From: an uncultured Planctomycetota bacterium
GTDB taxonomy: Bacteria > Planctomycetota > Planctomycetia > Pirellulales > Lacipirellulaceae
Direction of reading: 5' to 3'
Length of the DNA: 64,000 nucleotides
NCBI GenBank assembly: GCA_963719315.1
Contig: CAVRBU010000002.1
Coordinates: 544,001 to 608,000, forward strand
A model generated the notes under the pieces. The model was not told where the DNA came from, did not search any database, and saw only the letters and a list, made by a program, of their open reading frames with translations. Shown here one piece after another: positions 1-11,219 of the stretch. The position numbers and the translations under genes are program-made. Within the stretch, counting starts at the first letter, position 1; the number at the start of each line of letters is the position of its first letter.

Positions 1-2256
1 CCGGATCACGTAGGCGATCGTGTGATCGTGGTTCAAGGCGACGCCGACCTGGCCGTCCTTGAGTTGGAAAACTTCCTTCATGAAGTCGGGGCCGGGCGCC
101 GTGATCCCATCCGGCTGGCTGAGCCGATATGGTTGGCGCTGTAACTGTCCATTGGCGTACCCAACGTCGCCGCCCGTCAGCTCCGAAAACGGATCAGTGC
201 GAACGACTTTGATATTCTTGTCGTCGGCGAAAAAAGCTGGCAGAGGCGTCTTGGCTTCTTGGGCTTTCTTGGCAAGTTCCTGGGCATGCTTCTCCGCCAA
301 ATCGGCCGCCTGATTGGCCTTCCAGGCCTTGACGACCTCGTCGCGGACGTCGGCTAATGCGGGAATGCGGCCCGGTGTGTCGCTCGTTTTGAGGACAATG
401 AAGCGGTTGCCATCGATATCGGTGGTCGTGAAGGGTTGATACAGGTCGGCATCGCGGCTGAAGAACAACATGCCAATCAACGACTTGTTCAAATCCACCA
501 CCGCTGACTTGCCGACCGGCGTGTCGCGCATTTGGAGCACCGACATCGGGCCTGTCGTCCCCGTCTTGAGGCCATATTTTTCCGCCAGGGGCGCCAGATC
601 GGTCAGCGACTTCGGCGGCGCGGGCGGCTCCTTCTTGTCCTCGTGAGCGGCCAGGATTTCCCCTAAGTACGTGCTGGAATCAACATCGAGCGCACCTTGG
701 ATATCTCTCGTCAGCTTGGTAAGTTCTTCAGCGACTTTGTCCTCGGCCAGCCGGCGGCGAATGATGTCCTTTACCTCGTCGAGCGGCTGAAACTCGAGCG
801 GTTTTTTGGGTGCCGGCGGCGTAGTTGCCGGGGCGGCGGCGGGTGGAGTCGTTGTTGGCGGCGGCGTAGTTTCAGCCGGCTTATCGGGCGCGTCGGTGGA
901 TTTGGCCTCTGTCGCGGCGGGATCATCCGACTTCGACGCATCAGCCTTCGCGGCATCGCCCTGCTCAGCGTCCTGCAAAAAAGCAGCCAAGCGGAACGGG
1001 GTCTTCGACCGCACGTGTAGCGACGATTGCTTTCCATCCTTCGCGGCAGCATCCTCATCGCCGTCCTTGGCCGGCGGCTGCACGTCATCGGGCGCTGCAG
1101 GCTTCTCCTCGTCAGTCGTCGCCTTACCTTCGGCAGGAGCCTCTTTGGATTCCGCCGCCGGCGGCATGGCCGGTTCCTCGCTCGGCCTGGAGTCACTCGC
1201 GCCCTTCGCGTCCGGCGCCGCGCCATTCTCTGGTTTGGTGGTCTCCTTCTGCTGGCCCTTGTCTTCCATCAGATCCATGGCGGCCTTGACGAACATCGGA
1301 TCTTTATGAGCTTCGTAGTATTTCGCGATTTCCTCATCCGTGACTCTTTCCTCGGCATTCGCCAAGAAAATGTCGTAGTTCGCCTCGATGAATTGGACGT
1401 CGATCTTGCGCGGGATGCGGAAGCCGGGTGTCGGCGACGGAAGCTCGGTGGTCCCCACTAACTCGGGGCTGGACTCGCGTTCGCTGTATTTCGTTCCGCG
1501 GTCGTCCTTCTTTTCGAAGAACGCCTGCAACTCGGCCTCGGTCGGCTCTTTGACGTCGACCAGGAACGACTCGGCAGGAATCGCCGCGGCTTCGATCACG
1601 ACCCGATCGTTCACGCGGAGCCAGTCCTTCCACCGCTGCTCGGGCGTAACCGTCCCAAACGCATACTGGTTGCTGTTGATGTAGTTATGTGCCAGCATCT
1701 CCTCGCGTAGGGCGCCCATGATGTCGTCGATCGACAAACGCGTGTGCGATCCCATGCCGTTGAGGATCTTCCGCATGTCGGGACGCGTTACTCTGCCTCG
1801 GCCCAACTGATCGAGGTATTGAACAATGGTCGCGTCGCTCACCCGCATGCCGGCCTGCCGGGCTGCGTCGGCCAAGAGCTTGGTCTCGACAACGCTTTGT
1901 TCGATGCCTTGCTGTGGTGTATCGGGGCCAAGCAGACGTTGCACACGCAATTCGCTCGGCTCGACGCCTGCCTCGTAAGCCGTGCGGGCGCCCCCCATCT
2001 CAACCTGCTGCAAGAACGAGTTCAGCAACCTGCGCCGCATGACCAGGTTATTGACTTCCTGATTGGTCAAGCTGCCGCCATCCCAACGGACGGCGACGGC
2101 CCTGGCATCCCCGCCAGCGCTTCGCGCACCACCGTCCGAACCGCCCATTATGCTGGTGAGGGCGCCTCCCCCCAACCAGGCAAGGATCAAGAGAACGGTA
2201 ATAATCGCCAACATTGGCTTGACGTTCTTGCGAAAAACACGAAAAGGACTAGCCAT
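1..2256 (-). CDS. Membrane-anchored periplasmic protein, SurA/PpiD N-terminal-like (partial, runs off window start)
   Basis: Read by hand from ATG at 2256: MASPFRVFRKNVKPMLAIITVLLILAWLGGG..., then VVETKLLADAARQAGMRVSDATI and VKEPTEAELQAFF, resembling PpiD/SurA_N proteins. Acidic low-complexity linker; frame appears open to the window edge, so it is absent from the ORF track. Confidence 0.65.
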   Translation of the reverse strand, partial: MASPFRVFRKNVKPMLAIITVLLILAWLGGGALTSIMGGSDGGARSAGGDARAVAVRWDGGSLTNQEVNNLVMRRRLLNSFLQQVEMGGARTAYEAGVEPSELRVQRLLGPDTPQQGIEQSVVETKLLADAARQAGMRVSDATIVQYLDQLGRGRVTRPDMRKILNGMGSHTRLSIDDIMGALREEMLAHNYINSNQYAFGTVTPEQRWKDWLRVNDRVVIEAAAIPAESFLVDVKEPTEAELQAFFEKKDDRGTKYSERESSPELVGTTELPSPTPGFRIPRKIDVQFIEANYDIFLANAEERVTDEEIAKYYEAHKDPMFVKAAMDLMEDKGQQKETTKPENGAAPDAKGASDSRPSEEPAMPPAAESKEAPAEGKATTDEEKPAAPDDVQPPAKDGDEDAAAKDGKQSSLHVRSKTPFRLAAFLQDAEQGDAAKADASKSDDPAATEAKSTDAPDKPAETTPPPTTTPPAAAPATTPPAPKKPLEFQPLDEVKDIIRRRLAEDKVAEELTKLTRDIQGALDVDSSTYLGEILAAHEDKKEPPAPPKSLTDLAPLAEKYGLKTGTTGPMSVLQMRDTPVGKSAVVDLNKSLIGMLFFSRDADLYQPFTTTDIDGNRFIVLKTSDTPGRIPALADVRDEVVKAWKANQAADLAEKHAQELAKKAQEAKTPLPAFFADDKNIKVVRTDPFSELTGGDVGYANGQLQRQPYRLSQPDGITAPGPDFMKEVFQLKDGQVGVALNHDHTIAYVIR

Positions 2257-2780
2257 AACAGTCGTTTGTCCAAATCCGCCGAGCCGAGGCGGAAATACCT
2301 ACAGAGAGCGCCGCTCGGCTCGCGACGCTTCGTCAATGAGAGGGCGACCGTCTTGACATCCGGCCCAGCCCGCAAGTAATCATTGACGGCTTGGTTGGTT
2401 GAGGCAAAGCGCGTGATTCTAAGTGGAATCGGCGCAAATGCAATCCCAACAGGGAGTATCGACCTGACTTGACGCTGCAAAACCCGGCGTAACCGCACCT
2501 TTCGACTTGCCGCGACCGGCAAGTGCGCAAACAATGCGGCGGCGAAACGACGGTATCAAAGTCTGCCAAAACTCGGTGCGACTCCGTTTTGAAATAATTT
2601 CACCAACATGACGGTTAGTTCGACAATGACGATTTTGCACTGGCCAAACGCAGCGGCAGAGACGGTAATGCCGCTACAAGAATTGGTTCTCACCGCCCGC
2701 CGTGGCGCAACCTGATAACATGCTCAGACAAATCCACTTATTTTCACCAGTCATCGCAGACTAACACTCGTTAGGGTTAA

Positions 2781-5488
2781 ATGGCCAAACGCAAAACGTC
2801 CAAATCGAATTCCGGCCCACGAGGCAACGCCTTGGTAATTGTCGAATCGCCGGCCAAGGCCCGGACGATCGGCAAATACCTGGGATCGGGTTTCACGGTC
2901 GAGGCGAGCATAGGCCACGTGCGCGATTTGCCGCAAGGCGCGGCCCAGATTCCCGCGGAATTCAAAGGAGAGTCGTGGTCGAACCTGGGCGTGAACGTCA
3001 ACGACAACTTCACGCCGATCTACATCGTTCCGCCCGGCAAAAGCAAACAAATCAAGCTCCTGAAGGACCGGCTCAAAACGGCGGACGCCCTCTACCTGGC
3101 GACGGACGAAGACCGCGAGGGCGAGGCCATTAGTTGGCATTTACTGGAGCTTCTCAAGCCGAAGGTGCCCGTCCATCGGCTCGTGTTTCACGAAATCACG
3201 AAGGACGCGATCCAGGCCGCGCTGCAATCGCCGCGCGACGTCGATGACGGTTTGGTACGTGCGCAAGAAACGCGTCGCATCCTCGATCGGCTTTACGGCT
3301 ACGAAGTTTCGCCGTTGTTATGGCGCAAGGTGCGGCCGAAACTTTCGGCCGGACGGGTGCAGAGCGTCGCCGTGCGGCTGATCGTCGAACGCGAGCGCGA
3401 GCGGATGGCGTTCGTCTCCGCCACCTGGTGGGACCTGATCGGCAAATTTGCGAAAACGAATCGTCAGCAGCTCCAAGCGGAATTGGTGTCTGTCGACGGT
3501 CGGAAAATCCCATCCGGCAAGGATTTCGATTCGTCGACCGGCAAACTCAAGAACAACGAGATGATGCTGCTGGATGGTCCGGCCGCGGAAGCGTTGGCCG
3601 AGCGCGTTCGGCGCGGTCAGTTCCGCGTGGCGAACGTCGAAGACAAGCCGTATACGTCGAAACCTTACCCGCCCTTCACTACGAGCACGCTGCAACAAGA
3701 AGCGAACCGCAAGCTTGGATTCACGGCCCGTCGCACGATGCAGGTGGCACAAAGCCTGTACGAAAATGGCCACATCACTTACATGCGGACCGACTCGACG
3801 AATCTGGCGCAAGTGGCGATCGATGACGCACGCCGGCTGGTCGCCGAGGAATACGGCAACGAATATTTGCCGGCCGAGGCGCGCGTCTACAAATCGAAAG
3901 TCAAAAATGCGCAGGAAGCCCACGAAGGTATTCGGCCCGCCGGCCACCCGTTCGAACTGCCCGGCGTATTGCGGAATGAACTGAACGCCGACGAATTCAA
4001 AATTTTCGATCTAGTTTGGAAACGCACGATGGCTAGCCAAATGGCCGACGCCCGTGGCCGACGGATCATGATCACGATCGAAGGCGAAGGCTGTGTCTTC
4101 CAGGTCAGTGGCAAAACGATTGATTTCCCCGGCTATCTGCGAGCGTATGTCGAGGGTAGCGATTCTCCGGATGCTGAACTCGCCGATCAGGAAATCGTGC
4201 TGCCCAGCGTTGCCGTGGGCGAAGCGCTTCAATGCGTGGAGATGGCGGCCAAAGAGCACGCCACGCAGTCACCGAGCCGATACAGCGAAGCCGCGCTCAC
4301 CAAGGCGCTCGAAGAACGCGGCATCGGCCGGCCCAGCACTTACGCATCGATTATCGACACAATCCAGAACCGCAACTATGCCTTCAAGAAAGGCGGCGCG
4401 CTGGTGCCCACTTGGGTCGCGTTCTCCGTGGTGCAATTGCTCGAAGAACATCTGGCCGGGCTGGTGGATTATCAATTCACGGCGCAGATGGAAGACGATC
4501 TGGATGCGATCAGCCGCGGCGAACGCGAGTATGTCGAATACTTGAAGTCGTTCTATTTCGGCAACGGCACGCCCGGTCTTAAGCCGCAGTTGGAGCACAA
4601 GGGCGAAGAAATCGACGCCCGCAGCATCAGCCGGATCACGATCGGCACTCCCGAGGGGGGGAGCCGGTCTACGTGCGCGTGGGACGGTATTCGCCGTTCG
4701 TGGAGCAAGGCGAGCGCACGGCCTCGCTCCCTGAGGAGACTCCGCCCGATGAAGTAACGCTCGAGTCCGCGCTGAGGTTGCTGGAACAGGCAGCGCAGGG
4801 CGACGAACCGCTTGGAACCTGCCCAGAAACCGGCAAGCCGGTGTATTTGAAGACCGGGCGGTTCGGGCCCTACGTTCAACGCGGCACTCCGGAAGACGAA
4901 GAAAAGCCGCAAAACGCCTCGCTGCTCAAGGGGATGGAGCCGTCGGACATCGATCTGGCGACGGCCCTCAAGCTCTTAACACTGCCGCGAAACCTGGGCA
5001 ATCATCCAGAGAATGGCGAACCGATCATGGCGTTTAACGGGCGGTTCGGCCCCTACGTAAAATGCGGCGAAGAAACCCGCTCGCTGCCGGCTGATCTCTC
5101 GCCGCTGGATGTCTCGCTTGAACAAGCCGTGCATTTGCTCGCCCAGCCGAAGCAACGTGGCCGGGGCGCCGCGGCCAAGCGCGAGCCGCTCAAAGTGTTT
5201 GATGAATCGCCCGTTACGAAGCAAAAGATTCAACTCTTGGACGGTCGCTACGGGCCCTACGTCACCGATGGCGAAACCAACGCGTCGCTGCCCAAAGCCA
5301 CTCCCGCGGAAGAATTAACGTTTCAAGAAGCGCTCGATCTGCTGGCCGCTCGAGCCGCACTCGGACCGTCAAAAGGCAAAAAAGCAAAAAAGAAACCGGC
5401 CAAGGCCGCGAAGTCTCCGAAGAAGACGGCGACCAAGCGGCGGGCGACCGCGAAGGCAGCGGTGAAGTCATCGAAGAAAAAGGCATAG
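2781..5488 (+). CDS. topA: DNA topoisomerase I (type IA), split by an apparent 1-nt frameshift near 4655-4661
   Basis: Toprim LVIVESPAK and ATDEDREGE, ITYMRTD active-site Tyr, GIGRPSTY. ORF 4673-5488 carries GR(F/Y)GPYV C-terminal repeats and a Lys-rich tail. The frames join at a G7 run. Confidence 0.95.
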
Positions 5489-5704
5489 CTGAACGGTGCC
5501 TTTCTATCTGGCCGCGCCTGATTATCGGCCTATCCCGTGCGTTTAGCCGCAGCGCTCGTTTGACATGGCGACTTTCGAGGGAGAGAATCGCGGGCTTATC
5601 GCCACTCCTCATGGCGCTGCTCAACAGCAGCCAGATATGGGAGCCACCGAACTTAAAGGCGAACTTCAGCGAATACCAGCGGTCTACATCAGCAAGGAAG
5701 CGAA

Positions 5705-7153
5705 ATGTCGAACTCTACCGCTGCCGCTCGATTACAGCCCGTTGCACGCTCCCTGACCGAGGGCTCAATCGCTGGCGCACTGGTGCGGCTTTCGGTCCCG
5801 ATCGTCGCGGCCAACATTTTGCAGACCGCGTATCAGATCACCGATACGTGGTGGGTGGGTCGATTGAGCGCCGAGGCGGTGGCCGCCGTAACGCTTTGTT
5901 TCCCCATCAATTTCTTGATGATTGCAATCGGCGGCGGCCTGGCGATCGCCGGCTCGGTGCTGATCGCCCAATACAAAGGCCGCGGTGAAGAGCGGGCGAT
6001 GAACCACGTCACCGCGCAAACGCTCATAATGGTGACGGTGGCCGCGGTCGCTCTCTCGACGGTCGGCTACGCCTTCAGCGAGCCGATTGTCCGCTTCATG
6101 GGCGCGGAGCCCAAGGTCTTGCCCGACGCCATGCGGTTCATGCAGATCACATTCCTCGGCTTCATCTTTGTCTTCGGGTTCTTTGTCTACCAATCGCTGA
6201 TGCGCGGATTAGGCGTCGTGCTGGTGCCGATGCTCATCGTGCTGTTGACCGTGCTGTTGAACTTCGCGCTCGACCCGCTGTTCATCTTTGGCTGGGGTCC
6301 GGTGCCCGCCCTCGGCGTGGCGGGAGCCGCGATGGCCACGCTTTCGACGCAAGCGTTGGCCGCGATTATCGGTTTCGCGCTGCTATTCAGTGGCAAGCAC
6401 GGTCTGCGGCCGCGGTTGGCCGATTTTCGCCCCGATTGGTCGGTGATTCGGCGCACATTAGTGCTGGGCGCTCCCGCGTCCATCGAACAATCCACGCGCG
6501 CGCTGAGCATGACGGTGATGACGCTGCTAGTGTCGGGTTTCGGCACGGTGGCCGTCGCGGCCTACGGCGTCGGAATCCGAATTCTCACGTTCGTCGTCAT
6601 CCCCGCGATGGGCCTGTCGATGGCGACGACCACGCTGGTCGCCCAGAACCTCGGCGCCGGCAAACTCCAGCGGGCCGAACATACCACGCTCGTCGCCGGC
6701 CTGCTGTCGTTCTGCATTCCCACGACGGGCGGCATCTTCTTGTTTCTCTTCTCCGTTCCACTCGCCACGTTTTTCATTCCCAATAGCCCGGCGGCGATCG
6801 AGGAAAGCGCCCAATTCATCCGCATCATTTCGCTCGCCCTGGGCTGCCTCGGTTTACAGCACACGCTCACCGGCACGCTCCGCGGCGCGGGCAACACGCT
6901 GGCCGCCATGGTGCTCACGATCGTGTCGACCTGGGTCATTCAATTTCCATCCGCCTTTGTGCTTTCGCGACATACGTCGCTCGGCATCGACGGCATTTGG
7001 TGGTCCCACCCGTTTTCGATGTTAGCGTCGGTCACATTGTGCCTGGTCTGGTTTCTCGGCGGAGATTGGAAGCGCACAAAGCTGCTAGAGGACCTTGAAC
7101 TCGAGCAGATAGTGCTCGAAGAAGCGCGGATTGAGGAAGGGATTACGACGTAG
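5705..7153 (+). CDS. MATE family efflux transporter
   Basis: LTEGSI start, LLNFALDPLFIFG..GVAGAAMAT, GTVAVAAYGVG, AQNLGAG motifs; about 12 TM segments. Confidence 0.92.
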   Translation: MSNSTAAARLQPVARSLTEGSIAGALVRLSVPIVAANILQTAYQITDTWWVGRLSAEAVAAVTLCFPINFLMIAIGGGLAIAGSVLIAQYKGRGEERAMNHVTAQTLIMVTVAAVALSTVGYAFSEPIVRFMGAEPKVLPDAMRFMQITFLGFIFVFGFFVYQSLMRGLGVVLVPMLIVLLTVLLNFALDPLFIFGWGPVPALGVAGAAMATLSTQALAAIIGFALLFSGKHGLRPRLADFRPDWSVIRRTLVLGAPASIEQSTRALSMTVMTLLVSGFGTVAVAAYGVGIRILTFVVIPAMGLSMATTTLVAQNLGAGKLQRAEHTTLVAGLLSFCIPTTGGIFLFLFSVPLATFFIPNSPAAIEESAQFIRIISLALGCLGLQHTLTGTLRGAGNTLAAMVLTIVSTWVIQFPSAFVLSRHTSLGIDGIWWSHPFSMLASVTLCLVWFLGGDWKRTKLLEDLELEQIVLEEARIEEGITT

Positions 7154-7561
7154 TCCGCATCGAGCCTTGCGTCGTGCTCGTGTCTCCCTCGGCCACCACG
7201 TAGGCCACGGCGAAATTGCGGCAGTGGGAGATCGAGACGTGCATACTTTTGATGCCCGCTCGTTCCATCACGTCTCGCGCGCCGCCGCGGAGCAGTACCG
7301 CGGCGCGCCGCTGCGGTCGTTGCGAATCTCGATATCGCGCCAGCCGATGCCCCGCCGCCAGCCGGTGCCGAGCGCTTTCAGCACGGCCTCTTTCGCCGCC
7401 CACCGGCCAGCGTAGTGTTGCGTGGCCGCTTTGCGCGTGGTGCAGTATTCGATTTCGAGATCGGTGTACACGCGCGTGATGAACAGCTCTCCATGGCGCT
7501 CGATCATCTGCGCGATCCGCAGACATTCCACGATATCGATGCCGACACCAACGATGGACAT
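7143..7561 (-). CDS. acpS: Holo-[acyl-carrier-protein] synthase, apparent frameshift near 7302
   Basis: GVGIDIVE and AGRWAAKEAVLKALGTG in ORF 7268-7561; the C-terminal HVSISH..AVAYVV lies in the adjacent frame (ORF ending 7143). Confidence 0.9.
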
Positions 7562-7618
7562 TGCGGAGATTTAGGGTTCAGGATTCAGGAACATTTGGCG
7601 TCGGCCGCAAGGCCGAAT

Positions 7619-8068
7619 CTACCGCCGATCACGCCGCAACACGATTGCGATTCCAACGGCCGCAGACGCGATGATCGTCGCATCGAGACACCACAGCGGC
7701 GCGTTGAACTCGCGGGCGAAATAATCTCGCGGCCCAGGCGGCGTATCGGAGCGAAACATTGCCACGGCGGCCGACTTCGTTCGAGCTTCCCGCCATTGTC
7801 CGCGGAAATCGCGGTACAGCCAAGCGTGTTCGGCGAGGATCGTGAAAATCGCGAGAAGCAGCGTGCCGACAACGAGCGGGGCCGGACCGGCGATGCGTAG
7901 CATCGCGGCTAATCGGCCGAGAAGAACGCCCAGCAAGGCGCCGACGCCTAGCGAGGTGAGGCCTATCGGCGCGTGACCTGAAGCGTGAACTAGTGCTGCC
8001 ACCCAGCCGACGCCGATGGCCGCGATCGTGCCGAAGAGCAACCAGAACAACAGCGATTTCAGTTGCAT
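7619..8068 (-). CDS. Hypothetical membrane protein
   Basis: 149 aa with about 4 hydrophobic segments; sits tightly between the metB-like gene and acpS. Confidence 0.7.
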   Translation of the reverse strand: MQLKSLLFWLLFGTIAAIGVGWVAALVHASGHAPIGLTSLGVGALLGVLLGRLAAMLRIAGPAPLVVGTLLLAIFTILAEHAWLYRDFRGQWREARTKSAAVAMFRSDTPPGPRDYFAREFNAPLWCLDATIIASAAVGIAIVLRRDRR

Positions 8069-9322
8069 CTAAACCGTAGTAGCGAGTGCTTGCGCCAGGT
8101 CGGCCACAAGATCTTCCGGATTCTCGATGCCGCAAGAGAGACGGATCATGTTGTCGGGGATGCCAAACGTGCGGCGGTCTTCTGGAGTGCACTGGTAATA
8201 ACTCATGACGAGCGGCTGTTCGATCAGCGACTCGACGCCGCCCAAGCTCGGCGCGATCCGCGGAATCCTGACGGCGTCTACGATGTCGGCCGTCGCCCGC
8301 CAGTCGGCATCCTTCACCAGGAACGTTACCAGGCCGCCGAAGCCGCGCATCGTGCGGCGGGCCACCTCGTGGTAGGCATGCGATTCGAGACCAGGATAGT
8401 ACACCTTTTCGATCCGCGGATGGGCTTCCAAAAACTCCGCCACGCGCTGGCCATTTTCATTGTGCCGCTGCATCCGTAACTCGAATGTCTTGAGACCGCG
8501 CGAGAGCAAATAGCAGTTCTGCGGGCTGTTCACTGCCCCCATAATGCCCCGCAACTTGCGAATCGGCTCCAACTTCTCGGTTGAACCGATCACGACACCA
8601 GCCAACAGGTCATTGTGCCCGGCGAGGTACTTCGTCACGGAATGCAGCACATAATCCACGCCGGCCGCGAGCGGTCGCAGGTTGTAGGGCGTCGCGAGCG
8701 TCGCGTCGATAAGCGTTTCGACGCCACGGTCACAGCCGATCTGAGCGAAGCGGTCCAGGTCCACAATGCTCAAGTGCGGGTTGGTCGGCGACTCGCTGAT
8801 CAGCAACCGCGTATTGGGAGTGATGGCGGCGTCCATCGCATCGTAGTCGCAAGCCTTGACTTGCACGGTCTTGACTCCGAACCGTGCGAGGTGCTTCGAG
8901 CAGAACTCGCGGCTGCGGTGGTAACACTCGTCGAAGAAGATAACTTCATCGCCGGCATTGAGCTTCGCCATCAAGAGCCCCACCATGGCCGACATCCCGC
9001 TCGAGAACACCACGGCCATTTCGCCGCCTTCCAGGGCTGCGAGCTTCCGCTCGGCGACGCGCTCGCCGGGGTTGCCGTAACGGCCGTACTCTTCGCGCGG
9101 TTGATCCTCTTCGATGAAATCAATAACGGCTCGTGTGTTCTCGAACGTAAACGTCGAAGCGCAGAAAATCGGGTCAGTGATCGAGTCGCCCGGCTTCTGC
9201 CGCGCTTCGCCCCCGTGAACGCTCAGCGTCGATAGTTGGGGCGGCCGCGGTTCCGCGGGTTGCTTCGGCTGCCCCGAAGACTCTTGTTTGTCTTGCCGCT
9301 TACTCATGTGGGTCGAGCTCAT
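8069..9322 (-). CDS. metB: Cystathionine gamma-synthase family PLP enzyme (Cys/Met metabolism)
   Basis: YGRYGNP, FSSGMSA, ESPTNP, HSVTKYLAGHND (PLP Lys), PSLGGVESLI, IRLSCGIE. Start placed at ATG 9322; ATG 9307 is an alternative. Confidence 0.88.
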   Translation of the reverse strand: MSSTHMSKRQDKQESSGQPKQPAEPRPPQLSTLSVHGGEARQKPGDSITDPIFCASTFTFENTRAVIDFIEEDQPREEYGRYGNPGERVAERKLAALEGGEMAVVFSSGMSAMVGLLMAKLNAGDEVIFFDECYHRSREFCSKHLARFGVKTVQVKACDYDAMDAAITPNTRLLISESPTNPHLSIVDLDRFAQIGCDRGVETLIDATLATPYNLRPLAAGVDYVLHSVTKYLAGHNDLLAGVVIGSTEKLEPIRKLRGIMGAVNSPQNCYLLSRGLKTFELRMQRHNENGQRVAEFLEAHPRIEKVYYPGLESHAYHEVARRTMRGFGGLVTFLVKDADWRATADIVDAVRIPRIAPSLGGVESLIEQPLVMSYYQCTPEDRRTFGIPDNMIRLSCGIENPEDLVADLAQALATTV

Positions 9323-9367
9323 TTCGTCAAACTCCGTCGCGGAGAAGAGTATCCATACCACGCGCGC

Positions 9368-9407
9368 AACAAAAAAGCCGCAGCGCCAAAAACTCGGCGA
9401 TTGCGAC
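9368..9407 (-). terminator. Intrinsic terminator-like hairpin in the leader of the metB-like gene
   Basis: Minus strand GTCGCAATCGCCGA-GTTT-TTGGCGCTGCGGC followed by TTTTTTGTT, about 45 nt upstream of the start codon. Confidence 0.65.
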
Positions 9408-9475
9408 TCGTTGCGTCCAAACTGTGCAAAAGATCGCGCGACCGGGTATGCGGGGGAACGTCCAAGGTCGCGACG

Positions 9476-9521
9476 TCGGCTCTTTAGCAGGTTCGGCTGC
9501 AAGCGGCCACAAATCCCAAGT
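9476..9521 (-). ncRNA. Putative SAM-II-like riboswitch aptamer
   Basis: Minus strand CUUGG-GAUUU-GUGGCCG-CUUGCA-GCCGAA-CCU-GCUAAA-GAGCC has the SAM-II hallmarks GAUUU, CUUGCAGCC and GCUAAA in order, upstream of a Met-pathway gene. Confidence 0.6.
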
Positions 9522-9642
9522 ACGCTCAATTCTACTACGCGCAGCCAATTGACACAAGCAAAGCCAGCCGGTGGCGCACGAATTGTAAGGAAAGGCTCGT
9601 TTTGTTAGGTCGGCGTGGCCAGAACCATCCGGCCGACGTACC

Positions 9643-10986
9643 ATGAACAGCGGTTTTGCTCCGTGTCCCAGAACACCTCGAAACCCTATTTCTGTGATCC
9701 GTACACTTCGCTCACGCAATAGCTCCGATCCCGGTCGTGTCGTAGCCCAATCGATTCTCGCAATCGTACTGGCGGCGGCAACGATCGTGTTTTGGTCTCG
9801 GCTCACCCCGTTCGCCACTGCCGAGGAACCCGGTTCGACGGCGAAGCCTGCCGGAAAAACTGAATTGCCGCCATCGCCAAAGGCCCCGTCGGCAGAGGAG
9901 ATTCGCAAATGGATCGCCGATCTTAGTCACGACGAGTACGCTGAACGACACAAGGCAGCGGAGCTGCTGTTGGCGACAGGCATGGCTGCCCGACAACCGT
10001 TGTTGGAAATTGCAGAAGGCACCGACCCGGAGGCTCGTGCCGCCGCGCGTCGACTGGTCGCCCTCATCGATCGGAGCGAATTTCATCGCCGCCTCGAAGC
10101 GTTTGCGGCCGATACGGAAGGGCAAATGGGCCTCACGCTGCCCGGCTGGGAACAATATCAGAAGCTTGTCGGTAGCGATCCGGCCGACCGGGCGCTGTTC
10201 GTCGAAATGCAACGGCAAGAAGGCTCGCTCCTCTCGGCGGTGTTCGGCATCTCCAAGCGTGCGCCGGAAGAGTTGTGGGAAGCACGACTGCGGCAGATCG
10301 CGCAATGGCCGATGACCGTACCCGATCGCAGTTCCACACCTCCCATAGGAAGTTGCGCGGCGATCTTGTTTCTCGGCTCAGTCGAGGAAATTAACGTCTC
10401 CGATTCGGCACTCAGTAGCATCGAGGCTTTGATCCAGCGCTCTCCAGTTCGCGAATCAATGCAACAAGACAATTCTCACGAGGCATTTCGCAAGCTACTT
10501 GCCGGCTGGGTGCTTCACTGTCCCAACAAAAGCGACGTTGCCCTCCGCACCCGATTGCAACTTATCGCGGCGGCCAATCTCGAGAAAGCGCTGCCGCTAG
10601 CACAGGCCGTCGCCGGCGGCGATCCGAAATACGCCCGTGTGCAGCCAGGATTGAAGGCGCTGGCCGCTTTGGACGTGGGCCAGTTCGGCAAGAGCGAGGA
10701 TGTCGATCGGCTGGAACCTTTGCTGGAGGACTCGACCATCTGCCTGCAAGTGCCAGGGCAAGCCCCGGGACAACCCCCGAACAGCGTACAAGTCCGCGAC
10801 GTTGCACTGTTCGTCATGCTGCACCTTACCGATCAATCGCCGGCCGATTATGGGTATGCAGTCGCTCGACTTCAACCGCCCCGGGCCTTTGATATGCAGG
10901 CCCTGTACCGCAACAGCGATCAGCAACGCGTCGAGTCAATCGCCAAATGGCGCGCCTGGCGAGCCGCCCACAAAAACGATAGATAA
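9643..10986 (+). CDS. Hypothetical exported protein with HEAT-like helical repeats (start uncertain)
   Basis: Signal-like ILAIVLAAATIVFW; WIADLSHDEYAERHKA..L HEAT-like motif; C-terminal VQVRDVAL segment. Confidence 0.7.
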   Translation: MNSGFAPCPRTPRNPISVIRTLRSRNSSDPGRVVAQSILAIVLAAATIVFWSRLTPFATAEEPGSTAKPAGKTELPPSPKAPSAEEIRKWIADLSHDEYAERHKAAELLLATGMAARQPLLEIAEGTDPEARAAARRLVALIDRSEFHRRLEAFAADTEGQMGLTLPGWEQYQKLVGSDPADRALFVEMQRQEGSLLSAVFGISKRAPEELWEARLRQIAQWPMTVPDRSSTPPIGSCAAILFLGSVEEINVSDSALSSIEALIQRSPVRESMQQDNSHEAFRKLLAGWVLHCPNKSDVALRTRLQLIAAANLEKALPLAQAVAGGDPKYARVQPGLKALAALDVGQFGKSEDVDRLEPLLEDSTICLQVPGQAPGQPPNSVQVRDVALFVMLHLTDQSPADYGYAVARLQPPRAFDMQALYRNSDQQRVESIAKWRAWRAAHKNDR

Positions 10987-11219
10987 TCGGCCCGGTGTAG
11001 GCGTCTCACCCGACTCGGCAATTGTGTCGGGTTTGATGATAATCGGCGGTTCTTTCGACTTCCGACGGGGTTTAGATAGTGTCAGTGCCGGTCCTGACCG
11101 GACCTCATCTGTGGTTTTGGCCCTTTCTTGTTGATACTATGGAAGTGCCCGGATTCATCGCTTGCCCCGTCCGCTAGTTGGACGGCTGCCGGCCGCGGAT
11201 CTCATCGGAGGTCGTTTGT

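Noticed and set aside
59..2640. Many short overlapping ORFs here and throughout the ORF track
   Set aside because: They are antisense or alternate-frame shadows of real genes in GC-rich DNA, Arg/Pro-rich and without motifs.
4655..4661. Programmed frameshift or phase variation in topA at a G7 run
   Set aside because: Similar 1-nt losses break acpS (about 7302), the NUDIX gene (about 43214), the PEP-CTERM gene (about 58840) and the transposase (about 47065). Scattered single-base deletions in housekeeping genes fit sequencing or assembly error better; read mapping would settle it.
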